From the NCBI GenBank assembly GCA_002335385.1, contig DCVK01000021.1:137635-201634 (forward strand): a DNA stretch of 64,000 nucleotides, read 5' to 3'. Both the position numbers and the translations under genes were made by a program. The notes under the pieces were generated by a model. The model had not been told where the DNA came from. It did no database searches and was given only the letters and a program-made list of their open reading frames with translations. This stretch comes from Candidatus Aminicenantes bacterium UBA2190. Its GTDB lineage: Bacteria; Acidobacteriota; Aminicenantia; UBA2199. Shown one piece after another: positions 20,337 through 29,708 of the stretch (position 1 is the first letter of the stretch; each line of letters starts with the position of its first letter).

Positions 20337-21299
20337 CTACTGGCCGATCCGGGCCAGGGCCTGGGTGACCTTGCCGGCGGCCAGGCCGATGTATCCGGCT
20401 TCCGGCACGAACTTTTGCCCCTCCTTGAGGATCCAGCGCAGGAAGGCCTTGACCAGCGGTTTCTTGGGCTGGCCCTTGCAGACGAGGTACAGGTCGCGGG
20501 CCGGCGGGCTGGGATACTTGTCCCCGGCGATGGCCCTGGTGATCGCATCGCGGTTGCCGTAAAAGCTCTCGTCCGCATCGATCTTGCCGTTGCCGTTCAG
20601 GTCGATGGGCAGGATCGCCGTCCCGGCCATGGGCTTGAGCGAGGTGGCGTCATAGGCGTAGTTGATGTTGTTGAAGCCGATGCCCAGGGCGTCCTTGCGC
20701 ACGGCTTCGTTCAGTCCCGGGTCGCCGAAGACGCCAATGCCCAGGAGGTCCTCCTGTTTTTTCCCCATGAAGGCGGCCCAGGTCTCGGCCGCGCCGCAGG
20801 AATCCGAGCGGGTATAAACATTGACCTGCACGCTGCCCGTGCCGCCGAGCAGCGCGTTCCAAGTCGGCGTCTCCTCCTGGAGCCAGATGCGCGCGAAGTC
20901 GGATTTCTTGACCCCTTTTTTCATGATCTCCTTGAGCAGCGGGTTGGCCTGGTTGATGACCGGGATCACGGCGTCCTTGGTGACCGGAACGAACCAGGCC
21001 CCTTTCTGCACCTCGGCCGGGTAGATCTCCCGCGATACCATGCCGATGTCGACCATGTCGGACAGCGCGTCGGCGATGCCCTTGCCGGCTCCCCCCGCCG
21101 AGATGTCGAAGCGCACGTCGGGGTGGAGCTTGCGGAATTCCTCGGACCATTTCATGACCATGGGGTAGAGCGCCCAGGCGCCGGAGATGGTGATCGTTCC
21201 CTGCAGTTTCGGGGCAACGGTCTTCTGAGCCGAGAGGGCGGGAATGAAGACAAGGCCCAGAAGGGCCAGCGCGGTGAGGATCGTGATCGCTCTTTTCAT
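20337..21299 (-). CDS. pstS: phosphate-binding periplasmic protein PstS family
   Basis: ISGAWALYP, AGGAGKG, GMVSR, TRSDSCGA; signal peptide; GGAGG RBS. Confidence 0.85.
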   Translation of the reverse strand: MKRAITILTALALLGLVFIPALSAQKTVAPKLQGTITISGAWALYPMVMKWSEEFRKLHPDVRFDISAGGAGKGIADALSDMVDIGMVSREIYPAEVQKGAWFVPVTKDAVIPVINQANPLLKEIMKKGVKKSDFARIWLQEETPTWNALLGGTGSVQVNVYTRSDSCGAAETWAAFMGKKQEDLLGIGVFGDPGLNEAVRKDALGIGFNNINYAYDATSLKPMAGTAILPIDLNGNGKIDADESFYGNRDAITRAIAGDKYPSPPARDLYLVCKGQPKKPLVKAFLRWILKEGQKFVPEAGYIGLAAGKVTQALARIGQ

Positions 21300-21343
21300 C
21301 GGAAATGCCTCCAGTGTGTTGATTTGCCTGCCCATAAATGGGC

Positions 21344-21386
21344 TACAAGCATAGTACAATTATAATACAATTAATTCGTTTGTCAA
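21344..21386 (-). promoter_or_regulatory. pstS promoter with three 11-bp-spaced repeats
   Basis: Minus-strand TTGACA-16-TATAAT; TACAA at 21344, 21355, 21366. Confidence 0.6.
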
Positions 21387-21476
21387 TACCTGGGCCGAAA
21401 ATCGTCAACGGTCTGACAGCAGAAGCCGCGATTGTATTTCCTGGCGATTTGATCTACAATGGCGGCGAGGTGATTC

Positions 21477-21884
21477 ATGGAGCAAACCCTGGCCATCATC
21501 AAGCCCGACGCTGTCCAGCGCCAGCTGGTCGGGGTGATCATCTCCGAGATCGAAATGAACCGCTTCGCCATCGGCGCCATCCGCGTCCTGCGCCTGTCCG
21601 CCGACCAGGCCGCCCGCTTCTACCGGGAGCACCAGGGGAAGCCTTTCTACGAGAGTCTCGTGGCCTACATGTCTTCGGGGCAGCTTTTTTCGTTGGTTTT
21701 GGAAAGGGATCAGGCCGTCGACGAATGGCGGCGGCTGATGGGGCCGACCGATCCCGCCAAGGCGGGGCCGCTCACCCTGCGCCGGCGCTTTGCCATCGAC
21801 ATGCAGCGCAACAGCGTCCACGGGGCCGACTCGCCGGCGACAGCGGCCCGGGAGATCGACTTTTTCTTTGGAGAGGGGGCATGA
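21477..21884 (+). CDS. ndk: nucleoside diphosphate kinase
   Basis: TLAIIKPDAV, MGPTDP, NSVHGADS. Confidence 0.95.
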   Translation: MEQTLAIIKPDAVQRQLVGVIISEIEMNRFAIGAIRVLRLSADQAARFYREHQGKPFYESLVAYMSSGQLFSLVLERDQAVDEWRRLMGPTDPAKAGPLTLRRRFAIDMQRNSVHGADSPATAAREIDFFFGEGA

Positions 21885-22243
21885 AAAGTTTTCAGATCCG
21901 CAGCAAGATGGTCAACGGCGTGGCGGTCCTCTACCTGAAAGGCCATTTGGACGCCCATCAGGTGGGCCGTTTCGAGAAGGAGCTCGTGCGCATGATCCGC
22001 GAGAGCAATTTCAATATCCTGATCAACGGCCAGGACCTGAACTACATCACGTCGGCCGGCATGGGCATCATCATGGGTTACATCGACGAGGTCCGCGAGA
22101 AGGGCGGGGATATCAAGCTGTGTTCGCTGAGCGAACGGGTGCATGAGACCTTCGACCTGGTGGGCTTCACCGAGATTTACGATTTCGTCGCCGACGAGCA
22201 GGCCGCCATTGAAAAATTCAGCCGCATTCCCCCCCAAGCCTGA
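21881..22243 (+). CDS. STAS anti-sigma-factor antagonist (RsbV/SpoIIAA-like)
   Basis: LKGHLDA, LNYITSAGMG phospho-Ser motif; ATGA overlap. Confidence 0.88.
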   Translation: MKSFQIRSKMVNGVAVLYLKGHLDAHQVGRFEKELVRMIRESNFNILINGQDLNYITSAGMGIIMGYIDEVREKGGDIKLCSLSERVHETFDLVGFTEIYDFVADEQAAIEKFSRIPPQA

Positions 22244-22652
22244 CTTTTCGATCACCATCCTGTCGCAGACCCAGTTGTTGAAGATGGTGGTCGAGCTGAC
22301 CCGTCATATCGCCACCCTGTCCCAGTTCCCCCTCCAGGAGGCGCAGAAGATCTCGCTGGCCATCGATGAGGCCGTGACCAACGTCATCAAGCACTCCTAC
22401 CGCAACGAGGCGGATCGCGAGATCCGCATCGAGTTTTTCCTGGCTCCCGCCGGCTTGCGCATCCGCATATTCTACCGTGGCCTGGCGCCCGACATCTCCG
22501 GCGAGGAGGTGAACATCGGCCGCATGATCAAGAAAAAAAGGAAGGGCGGCCTGGGCGTCAAGCTGATGAAGACCATCATGGATTCGGTCGTTTATACGAG
22601 CGTCGACGGCGAGAACTGCTGCGAGATGATCAAGTGGCGGACGGCGAAGTAA
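22209..22652 (+). CDS. anti-sigma factor / Ser kinase (RsbW-like)
   Basis: LAIDEAVTNVIKHSY, GGLGVKLMKTIMD; TTG start inferred. Confidence 0.82.
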   Translation: MKNSAAFPPKPDFSITILSQTQLLKMVVELTRHIATLSQFPLQEAQKISLAIDEAVTNVIKHSYRNEADREIRIEFFLAPAGLRIRIFYRGLAPDISGEEVNIGRMIKKKRKGGLGVKLMKTIMDSVVYTSVDGENCCEMIKWRTAK

Positions 22653-23884
22653 AGCGGCTGCAGAAAGAGCTGCAATTCAAGAAGCTGCAGCTGAATTCCA
22701 TCCACGAGCTCTCAGCGGCCATCCAGACGCAGTACGACGTCGACCATGTCATGAGGATCTTCTTTTCCTCGCTCATGGCGCCGCTGGGTCTTTTGCGCAC
22801 CTTTATTTTCGACCGCCGCCATGACCTGTTCCGCAAGCGCGGCTTCGCCCTGAGCGAGGGCGAGTCGCTGCTGCTGAAGAAGAAGCTGACCCGCGCCCTG
22901 GCCGGCAAGGACTGCGTGAACGTGGATGCCCTGCCCCCGGCACTGGACGACCTGAAAAAGCTGCTGCAGGCGCGGCGCATCGCCTACCTGCTCAACATCG
23001 CTGAAGGCAAAAAGGGGCCCATCATCCTGGGGCTGGGGCGCAAATTCAACCGGAGCGAGCTGCAGGCGGAGGACTTCGAGTTCGCCTGCATCCTGTCGCG
23101 CTTCATGCTGATCGAGCTGGACAACATCCGCTACCTGGCGCAGATCGTCGAGAAGCGGAAGCTGGAGCACGAGATGCAGATCGCCCGCCGCATCCAGCTT
23201 TCGCTGCTGCCCCAGTCGCTGCCGTTGCTGCGTCACTACGACCTGGCGGTCATCTACGAGCCGATCCAGGAGGTTGGCGGCGACTATTACGACATCCTGA
23301 AGAAAAGGAAGCATGTCCAGCCGCTGGTGCTGGCCGACGTCGAGGGCAAGGGCCTGGCCGCCGCCCTGCTGGCCGCCTCCTGCCAGGCGGTTTTTCATTC
23401 CATGAACGAGCTGTACCTGTACAAGCCGGCCATTTTCATTGCCAAGGCCAATGCCTTCATCCACGAGATCACCCGCGGCAGCCGCTTCATTACCCTGTTC
23501 TGGATGCTGCTCAACGACGATGCCCCGGCGCTGACCTATGTCAATGCCGGTCACAGCGCCCCTTTCCTGGTCGGCGCCGGCGGCGCGCGCAAGCTGGACG
23601 CCGGGGGGCTGCTGCTCGGGTTCAGCGGCGTCAGCGCCTACCAGGAGCAGACCGTGGCGTTGGACAGCGGCGACGTGATCTGTGCCTTCACCGACGGCGT
23701 GTTCGAGGCGCAGAACCCGGCGGGCGATGAGTTCGGCGAGCAGGCCATCGCCGCCTTCCTCCAGGCCCATCGCCGCCTCGGGGCCCGGGAGCTGGGCGAC
23801 GCGCTGTACCGGCGGATAAGAAGTTTCGTCGGCAAAGCCAAGTTCCGTGATGACTTCACCATACTGATCGTCAAGGTGCGTTGA
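22634..23884 (+). CDS. PP2C/SpoIIE phosphatase (RsbU-like) with N-terminal GAF-like region
   Basis: ARRIQLSLLP, VGGDYYD, ADVEGKG, NAGH, TDGVFEA, DDFT. Confidence 0.9.
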   Translation: MADGEVKRLQKELQFKKLQLNSIHELSAAIQTQYDVDHVMRIFFSSLMAPLGLLRTFIFDRRHDLFRKRGFALSEGESLLLKKKLTRALAGKDCVNVDALPPALDDLKKLLQARRIAYLLNIAEGKKGPIILGLGRKFNRSELQAEDFEFACILSRFMLIELDNIRYLAQIVEKRKLEHEMQIARRIQLSLLPQSLPLLRHYDLAVIYEPIQEVGGDYYDILKKRKHVQPLVLADVEGKGLAAALLAASCQAVFHSMNELYLYKPAIFIAKANAFIHEITRGSRFITLFWMLLNDDAPALTYVNAGHSAPFLVGAGGARKLDAGGLLLGFSGVSAYQEQTVALDSGDVICAFTDGVFEAQNPAGDEFGEQAIAAFLQAHRRLGARELGDALYRRIRSFVGKAKFRDDFTILIVKVR

Positions 23885-23896
23885 AAAGGGGAGATC

Positions 23897-25165
23897 ATGA
23901 ACACTGTCGTGCTGGGGCTGCAATGGGGTGACGAAGGCAAGGGCAAGGCCATCGATTATCTGGCCGGGGGCTTCGACGTGGTCACGCGTTTTCAGGGCGG
24001 CCATAATGCCGGGCATACCGTTTATTACCGGGGGCAGAAGGTCGTCCTGCACGTGCTGCCGTCGGGGATCTTCTACCCGGACTGCCTGGCGGTGATCGCC
24101 AGCGGCGTGGTGGTGCAGCCGCTGCAGCTGGTCGATGAGATCCGCAACGCTCGTGCCCTGGGCCTGACCCTGCAGAACCTGGCGCTGAGCGAGAATGCGC
24201 CGCTGATCCTCCCCTTCCACCAGCAGCTGGACGTCATCTTCGAGGACTCCCGCTACCAGCGTATCGGCACCACCCGGCGCGGCATCGGGCCGGCCTACGA
24301 GGACGTCGTCGGCCGCCGTGCCCTTTTCGTCGGCGACCTGCTGCACGCCAGCGCGTTCCGTGGCAAGATCGCCCGCCTGGCGGAATACTACAACCGCCTC
24401 TTCGCCGCCTATGGCCACCCGGCCGAGGACCTGGAATATGCCGTCCAGCGCTACCTGGAGGCCGGGGAGTTCCTCCGGCCCCACGTGACCGACACCACCC
24501 GGCTGCTGCAGGAGTCCTGGCAGGAGAAGAAGAAGATCCTGTTCGAGGGGGCCCAGGGGAGCCTGCTGGACATCAACCTGGGCACCTATCCCTTCGTCAC
24601 CTCCTCCAACACCACCATCGCCGGGGTTTTTTCCGGGACCGGGCTCTCGCCCAAGGCGGTCGATCGTGTGGTGGGCATCTCCAAGGCCTACGCCACCCGT
24701 GTCGGCGAGGGGCCCTTTCCCAGCGAGCTGAAAGACGATTTTGGCGCCCTGCTGCGCGCGCGCGGCAATGAATTCGGGGCGACCACCGGCCGTCCGCGAC
24801 GCGTCGGCTGGCTCGATCTGGTGGCCCTGAAGCACGCGGTGCAGATCAACGGCGTCGACGATATTTTCCTCACCAAGCTCGACGTGCTCGACGACCTGGC
24901 CGAGATCCGCGTGGCCACCGCCTATGAGGTCGACGGCGAGCGCCGCGCTGCGTTCCCCTGCCACGCCGAGGCACTGGATCGGGTCACGCCGGTCTACCAG
25001 GCGCTGCCGGGCTGGCAATGTTCCCTGGGCGCCATCGAGCGCGCCCAAGACCTGCCGAGGGCGGTTCGCTCCTATATCGATTTTATCGAGACATTCGTCG
25101 GGGCGCGCATCCGCTACCTGGGGGTCGGCGGCGAGCGCCGGCAGACGATCGAGATCACAGACTGA
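23897..25165 (+). CDS. purA: adenylosuccinate synthetase
   Basis: QWGDEGKGK, GGHNAGHT, FEGAQG, GTYPFVTSS, TTGRPRRVGWLD. Confidence 0.96.
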   Translation: MNTVVLGLQWGDEGKGKAIDYLAGGFDVVTRFQGGHNAGHTVYYRGQKVVLHVLPSGIFYPDCLAVIASGVVVQPLQLVDEIRNARALGLTLQNLALSENAPLILPFHQQLDVIFEDSRYQRIGTTRRGIGPAYEDVVGRRALFVGDLLHASAFRGKIARLAEYYNRLFAAYGHPAEDLEYAVQRYLEAGEFLRPHVTDTTRLLQESWQEKKKILFEGAQGSLLDINLGTYPFVTSSNTTIAGVFSGTGLSPKAVDRVVGISKAYATRVGEGPFPSELKDDFGALLRARGNEFGATTGRPRRVGWLDLVALKHAVQINGVDDIFLTKLDVLDDLAEIRVATAYEVDGERRAAFPCHAEALDRVTPVYQALPGWQCSLGAIERAQDLPRAVRSYIDFIETFVGARIRYLGVGGERRQTIEITD

Positions 25166-25180
25166 AAAAAAGATATTAAA

Positions 25181-25225
25181 AAGTTCGAGGTTGAAGAGAA
25201 AAAAGGCATAAGGCAAAAGTGAAGG
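25181..25225 (+). repeat. two short heptamer tandem tracts
   Basis: AAGTTCG AGGTT GAAGA and AAAAGGC ATAAGGC AAAAGT GAAGG. Confidence 0.5.
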
Positions 25226-25290
25226 GACATCACTAGACAGACGGCATCAGGCGCCGGCCGCCGCGGAACTGGGCGGAGTTCAGGACCCGG

Positions 25291-25488
25291 TTACTTTTTT
25301 TTGGCCTTGGCTTTGGCCTTGGGCTTTGCCTTTGCGGCCTTGGCCAGCTCGGCCTTGCTCTTGCGCTTCATGTCCATGGCGTGGGATTTCTTGTAGCTCT
25401 GGATGTCCTTGAAGCGCCCCTTGGCGTCGCGAACGGCGTAGAGCTTCTTTCCCTTCGAGCTTCTCATGACGGTTCTTTTAACTGGCAT
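25291..25488 (-). CDS. small very basic protein with K/A-rich tail
   Basis: GAGGTG RBS, ATG 25488; KLYAVRDAKGRFKDIQ core plus AKAKPKAKAKAKKK tail. Confidence 0.75.
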   Translation of the reverse strand: MPVKRTVMRSSKGKKLYAVRDAKGRFKDIQSYKKSHAMDMKRKSKAELAKAAKAKPKAKAKAKKK

Positions 25489-25600
25489 GGGCTCACCTCT
25501 GCCCATCGTATAGCACGCGGAAACGCCAATGTCAATTTTTCGCGCCCGCATAGAAGTGAGTGCAGTTATTATCGCGGCAAGCGTTTAAAATATTTCGTTC

Positions 25601-26788
25601 TTACCCCTTGAACTGGTCGAGGGCCAGCAGCAGCAGCCTGGCGGCGCGCTCGAGCTTGGGCGTCTCGATCACGTAGGCCAGGCGCACCTCGTCCTTGCCC
25701 CGGCCCGGGGTCTTGTAGAAACCCTCACCCGGAGCGATCATCACCGTCTCGTTGTTGTCGCTGAACTCGTTGAGCAGCCAGCGGGCAAAGATCTCACCGT
25801 CGGCGATCGGCAGCTTGGCCATGATGTAGAAGGCGCCCTCCGGTTTCTGCAGAATGATCTCCTGGCGCGAGGTCAGGATGGAATAGAGGATGTCGCGGCG
25901 CTTCTGGTATTCGGCCATGACCTCCTTGAAATAGTCGTGGGGCAGCTCGTAGGCGCCGATGGCCCCTACCTGCTCGAGGGTGGGCGGGCAGAGACGGGCC
26001 TGGGCGAACTTGGTAATGCCCTTCATCACGGACTCGTTGCGCGATATCACGGCGCCGATACGGGCGCCGCAGGCCGAATAGCGCTTGGAGATCGAGTCGA
26101 CGACGATGACACGGTCCTCCAGTCCCGACAGCTGCAGCACGCTGAAATGGACCTTGCCATCGTAGGTAAACTCCTTGTAGACCTCGTCGGCGATGAGGAA
26201 CAGGTCGTGCTTCCTGGCGAAATCGCCGATGGCCCTCAGTTCGTCGGGGGTGTAGACGGTGCCGGTGGGGTTGTTCGGCGAGCAGAGGAGGACGGCGCGG
26301 GTGCGCGGGCTGAGTTTCTGCTCGAACTCGCTGATGGCGGGCAGGTGAAATCCGTTCTCGGCCTTGGCCGTCACGGGCACGATCTTGAGGCCGCACTGCG
26401 AGGCGTAACCGCTGTAGTTGGTGTAGAAGGGCTCGGAGACGATGACCTCGTCGCCGGGATCGCCCACGGCGTTGAAGGCGAAGGAAATGGCCTCGCTGCC
26501 GCCGGTGGCGATGACGATGTTCTTGGGTTCCAGAATGATCTCGAAAAAAGCGAAATAATTGACCATGGCGACCTTGAGGGCCTCCAGGCCGTCGGAGGGG
26601 CCGTAGGAGAGGACCTTCTCCTCATAGTCGTAGATCTTCTGATAGAAAACCTCCGGGGTGTGGATGTCGGGCTGGCCGATGTTCAGGTGATAGACGGTCG
26701 TGCCCCGCTTCTTGGCGGCGTTGGCAATGGCGGTCAGCTTGCGGATCGGGGATTCCTGTATGTTCTGGGCGCGCTGCGAGATGTTCAT
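25601..26788 (-). CDS. class I PLP aminotransferase (aspartate aminotransferase family)
   Basis: LNIGQPD, SPNNPTG, DEVY, DSISKRYSACGARIG. Confidence 0.92.
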   Translation of the reverse strand: MNISQRAQNIQESPIRKLTAIANAAKKRGTTVYHLNIGQPDIHTPEVFYQKIYDYEEKVLSYGPSDGLEALKVAMVNYFAFFEIILEPKNIVIATGGSEAISFAFNAVGDPGDEVIVSEPFYTNYSGYASQCGLKIVPVTAKAENGFHLPAISEFEQKLSPRTRAVLLCSPNNPTGTVYTPDELRAIGDFARKHDLFLIADEVYKEFTYDGKVHFSVLQLSGLEDRVIVVDSISKRYSACGARIGAVISRNESVMKGITKFAQARLCPPTLEQVGAIGAYELPHDYFKEVMAEYQKRRDILYSILTSRQEIILQKPEGAFYIMAKLPIADGEIFARWLLNEFSDNNETVMIAPGEGFYKTPGRGKDEVRLAYVIETPKLERAARLLLLALDQFKG

Positions 26789-26860
26789 GATGCCTCCTCG
26801 AATGTCAGAAGCAAAATTATAAGCCCAAACAGGGGGAGAAATCAATGACTGTCAGTACTT

Positions 26861-27097
26861 GGTTTACGGTCGACGGTTTACGGTTTACGGGAAGAAAAGA
26901 GACGATAGGGAGACTTGAATCCAGTTTTCAATTTCCAAAAACAAACAATATCCAAAGCCAAAATTCCAATTTCCAAAAAGAAATCCCTGTTTATTTAGTC
27001 TGTCTTTTTCCTAGCGCCTTGTTCTTCAACGTCGAACTTCGAACATCGAACTTCGAACCTTGTCCAGGGATTTCACATTACTTGTCACTCGTCACTG
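26861..27097. repeat. stack of four unrelated heptamer tandem tracts
   Basis: (GGTTTAC)-like x4 at 26861; CCAAAWT-like tract at about 26921-26979; (TCGAACT)-like x4 at 27023-27060; (GTCACTY) at 27080-27097. Confidence 0.75.
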
Positions 27098-27118
27098 ATT
27101 TGCGATACTATGGGACTT

Positions 27119-28162
27119 GTGAAGGAAGCAATAACTAAACCCTGGGTCCTGGAGCGGCAGCTGGGCGAACTGCGCTCCGAGCTTCTGGCCGAGGGATTTC
27201 GCGACTACGTCGCCCGCCAGGTGTTCCAGTGGGTCTACCGCAAGAACAGCCAGGAACCTTCCTCGTGGAGCAATATCGCCAAGGCCGGCCGCGAGAAGCT
27301 GGCCGGCCTCTATGACTGGAGTCCGCGGCCCGTGCTGCAGGTTCAGGGTGGAGCCCGGGAAGCCCGCAAGTTCCTCTTCCTTCTTGGGGACGGTCAGAAG
27401 ATCGAGGCCGTCCTGATCCGGGAGAAGGACCATTATACTTTTTGCCTTTCGAGCCAGGCGGGATGCCCGCTGGCTTGCGCCTTCTGCGCCACCGGCGCCA
27501 TGGGCTTCCGCCGCGACCTGACCGCCGGGGAGATCGTCAGCCAGGTGCTCGCCCTGAAGAAGGAGCTCGGCGAATATTCCGGCAGGTTGAACCTGGTCTT
27601 CATGGGCATGGGCGAGCCCTTGCTCAACTACAACAACCTGGCCCGGGCCCTGCGCGTCATCACCGAGCCCGACGGGCTGAACATCTCGCCGCGCCATGTC
27701 ACTGTTTCCACCGCGGGCATCCTGGAGAACCTCGCGGAACTGGAGCGTGATTTCCCGCAGGTGAAGATCGCCTTCTCGCTCAATGCCCCCGACCCGCAGC
27801 TGCGCGCCGAGCTGATGCCGGTCTCGCGGAAGCACAGCCTGGATGACCTCCTGGCTTATTTCCGCGGGCACAAGCGCCGCCAGCGGATTACCTTCGAGTA
27901 CGTGCTGCTGGCCGGAATCAACGATTCGCCGGCACAGGCCCGGCAGGTGGCGCGGCTGCTGCACGGCATCCCGGCAAAAATCAACCTCATCCCCTACAAC
28001 GCCAACCCGGGGATGCCGTTCAAGCGCCCCGACGAGGGCGCGGTGGAAAGATTCCGCTCCATCCTGCTGGAAAGGGGCCTGACCGCGGTCACGCGCTGGT
28101 CCAAGGGGCAGGAGACCCGCTCGGCCTGCGGCCAGCTGGCCGTTGGCGGTTTTTCTTGTTGA
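27119..28162 (+). CDS. rlmN: dual-specificity RNA methyltransferase RlmN
   Basis: CLSSQAGCPLACAFCATG radical-SAM motif, MGMGEP, SACGQL; start GTG 27119 or ATG 27110. Confidence 0.93.
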   Translation: MKEAITKPWVLERQLGELRSELLAEGFRDYVARQVFQWVYRKNSQEPSSWSNIAKAGREKLAGLYDWSPRPVLQVQGGAREARKFLFLLGDGQKIEAVLIREKDHYTFCLSSQAGCPLACAFCATGAMGFRRDLTAGEIVSQVLALKKELGEYSGRLNLVFMGMGEPLLNYNNLARALRVITEPDGLNISPRHVTVSTAGILENLAELERDFPQVKIAFSLNAPDPQLRAELMPVSRKHSLDDLLAYFRGHKRRQRITFEYVLLAGINDSPAQARQVARLLHGIPAKINLIPYNANPGMPFKRPDEGAVERFRSILLERGLTAVTRWSKGQETRSACGQLAVGGFSC

Positions 28163-28204
28163 TTTCTACCGGATTCGGTTATATAATATAGTCTCTGGGA
28201 TAGG

Positions 28205-28816
28205 ATGAAATCAAAACTTCAAAAACTCAAGGGTACCTGTATCGGCATCGCCGGCTGCGGCGGGCTGGGCTCCAACTGCGCCGTGGCCCTGGCTCGCGCC
28301 GGCGTCGGCCGCCTGGTCATCGCCGATTTCGACAGCGTGACCCGTGAAAACCTCGACCGCCAGTACTATTTCCTGGACCAGGTCGGGCAGAAGAAGGTCC
28401 GGGCCCTGTACGAAACCCTGCTGCGCATCAACCCCGACATCGTCGTGGAGGCTTATGACCTGCGCCTGGGTCCCGGGGAGATCGCCCACGTTTTCAAGGA
28501 CTGCCAGGTGATCATCGAGGCCTTCGACCGCGCCGACATGAAGCGGATGATCATCGAGGCGGTCGTGGAGCATTTCCCCGACAAGTTCATCATCGCCGGC
28601 TCGGGACTGGCGGGGTACGGCGGCAACAACGAGCTGCGCACGCGCCGGCTCGGCAACCTGTTCATCTGCGGCGATGAGGTCAGCGAGGTTTCCGACGAGC
28701 TGCCGCCCCTGGCGCCGCGCGTGGCCGCGGTGGCGGCGCTGCAGGCCAACCAGGCGCTGGAGATCGTTCTGGACGACATGGAGCCGGCCCGTGGCGGCGA
28801 CGTGTGGGACGAGTGA
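28205..28816 (+). CDS. thiF: sulfur-carrier adenylyltransferase ThiF family
   Basis: GCGGLGS, DFDSV...NLDRQY, EAFD. Confidence 0.85.
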   Translation: MKSKLQKLKGTCIGIAGCGGLGSNCAVALARAGVGRLVIADFDSVTRENLDRQYYFLDQVGQKKVRALYETLLRINPDIVVEAYDLRLGPGEIAHVFKDCQVIIEAFDRADMKRMIIEAVVEHFPDKFIIAGSGLAGYGGNNELRTRRLGNLFICGDEVSEVSDELPPLAPRVAAVAALQANQALEIVLDDMEPARGGDVWDE

Positions 28817-28829
28817 ACGAGGAACGAGG

Positions 28830-29033
28830 ATGAAGATCACCTTGAACAACAGCGAGGTCAGCATGGCGGGCGAGTCGTTCAGCGTCCGCGAGCTGCTGGC
28901 CCTGATGAAATTCACCTTCCCGATGATCGTGGTCAAGATCAACGGCCGCCTGGTCAGGAAAGAGGACTACGAGAGGGTCTTCGTCGGCGACGGCGACAAC
29001 GTCGAGGCCATCCACCTGATCTCAGGGGGCTGA
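28830..29033 (+). CDS. thiS: sulfur carrier protein ThiS
   Basis: 67-aa ubiquitin-like protein ending ISGG. Confidence 0.88.
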   Translation: MKITLNNSEVSMAGESFSVRELLALMKFTFPMIVVKINGRLVRKEDYERVFVGDGDNVEAIHLISGG

Positions 29034-29053
29034 TCAGGACTCAAGCGGACCTT

Positions 29054-29242
29054 CGTGACGCGTAACACGTGACGCGTAACGCGGAAGAAATCAAATTCCA
29101 AATCACAAGCACCAAATTCCAAATAAATCTCAATTTCCAAATTCCAATGACCCAAACGAAGGCCCCTTTGGATTCATTTCTTTGTTTTGGTCATTGGTGC
29201 TTGGAGCTTGTTTGTTATTTGGTGCTTGGAATTTGGTGCTTT
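29054..29242. repeat. heptamer tract plus ~150-bp imperfect palindrome of CCAAATT/AAGCACC units
   Basis: CGTGACG CGTAACA CGTGACG CGTAACG then GAAGA; AAATTCCAAATCACAAGCACC...GGTGCTTGGAATTTGGTGCTT. Confidence 0.85.
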
Positions 29243-29275
29243 AGTCCAACCTGACTGTCGAGTTTAGTGACTCCT

Positions 29276-29707
29276 TCAACGGAACTGGTCCTGGGCTTTT
29301 CTCCAGCGCGAAATAAAAAAAGCCTCGACATCCTTTTCTTTATAGGGCCGGCCGAGGAATGTGTGCCGGCAGCCCATGTAGGCGGCGCACTCGAAAGGCT
29401 TGACTTCGTGGATGAGGCATTGCCCCTGCGCGGAGAGGAAGACACAGCGGCCTGCCTCATCGGCATAGTAATCGGGGACGACGGAGCCTGGCGCGGCCAG
29501 GAAGTGCGCTGCCTTGATCTTGGCCGGGGCCAGGAATTGGACATGGCTGTCCCTGCCCTTGGCCGGGATGCGCACCAGGAAGCGCCGGCAGAGCTCCGCT
29601 TCGCCGATTTTCTTGAAGGCGGCGATCTTCCTCACGTCGGCGGGGACCAGCCGGCCGGGATCGCGGCGGCAGGCGCTGACGCATTGTTCGCAGGCGCAGG
29701 CCTCCAT
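29276..29707 (-). CDS. YkgJ-family (CxxCxxCC-like) cysteine-cluster protein
   Basis: CACEQCVSAC, CVFL...CLIHEVKPFEC. Confidence 0.75.
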   Translation of the reverse strand: MEACACEQCVSACRRDPGRLVPADVRKIAAFKKIGEAELCRRFLVRIPAKGRDSHVQFLAPAKIKAAHFLAAPGSVVPDYYADEAGRCVFLSAQGQCLIHEVKPFECAAYMGCRHTFLGRPYKEKDVEAFFISRWRKAQDQFR

Positions 29708-29708
29708 G

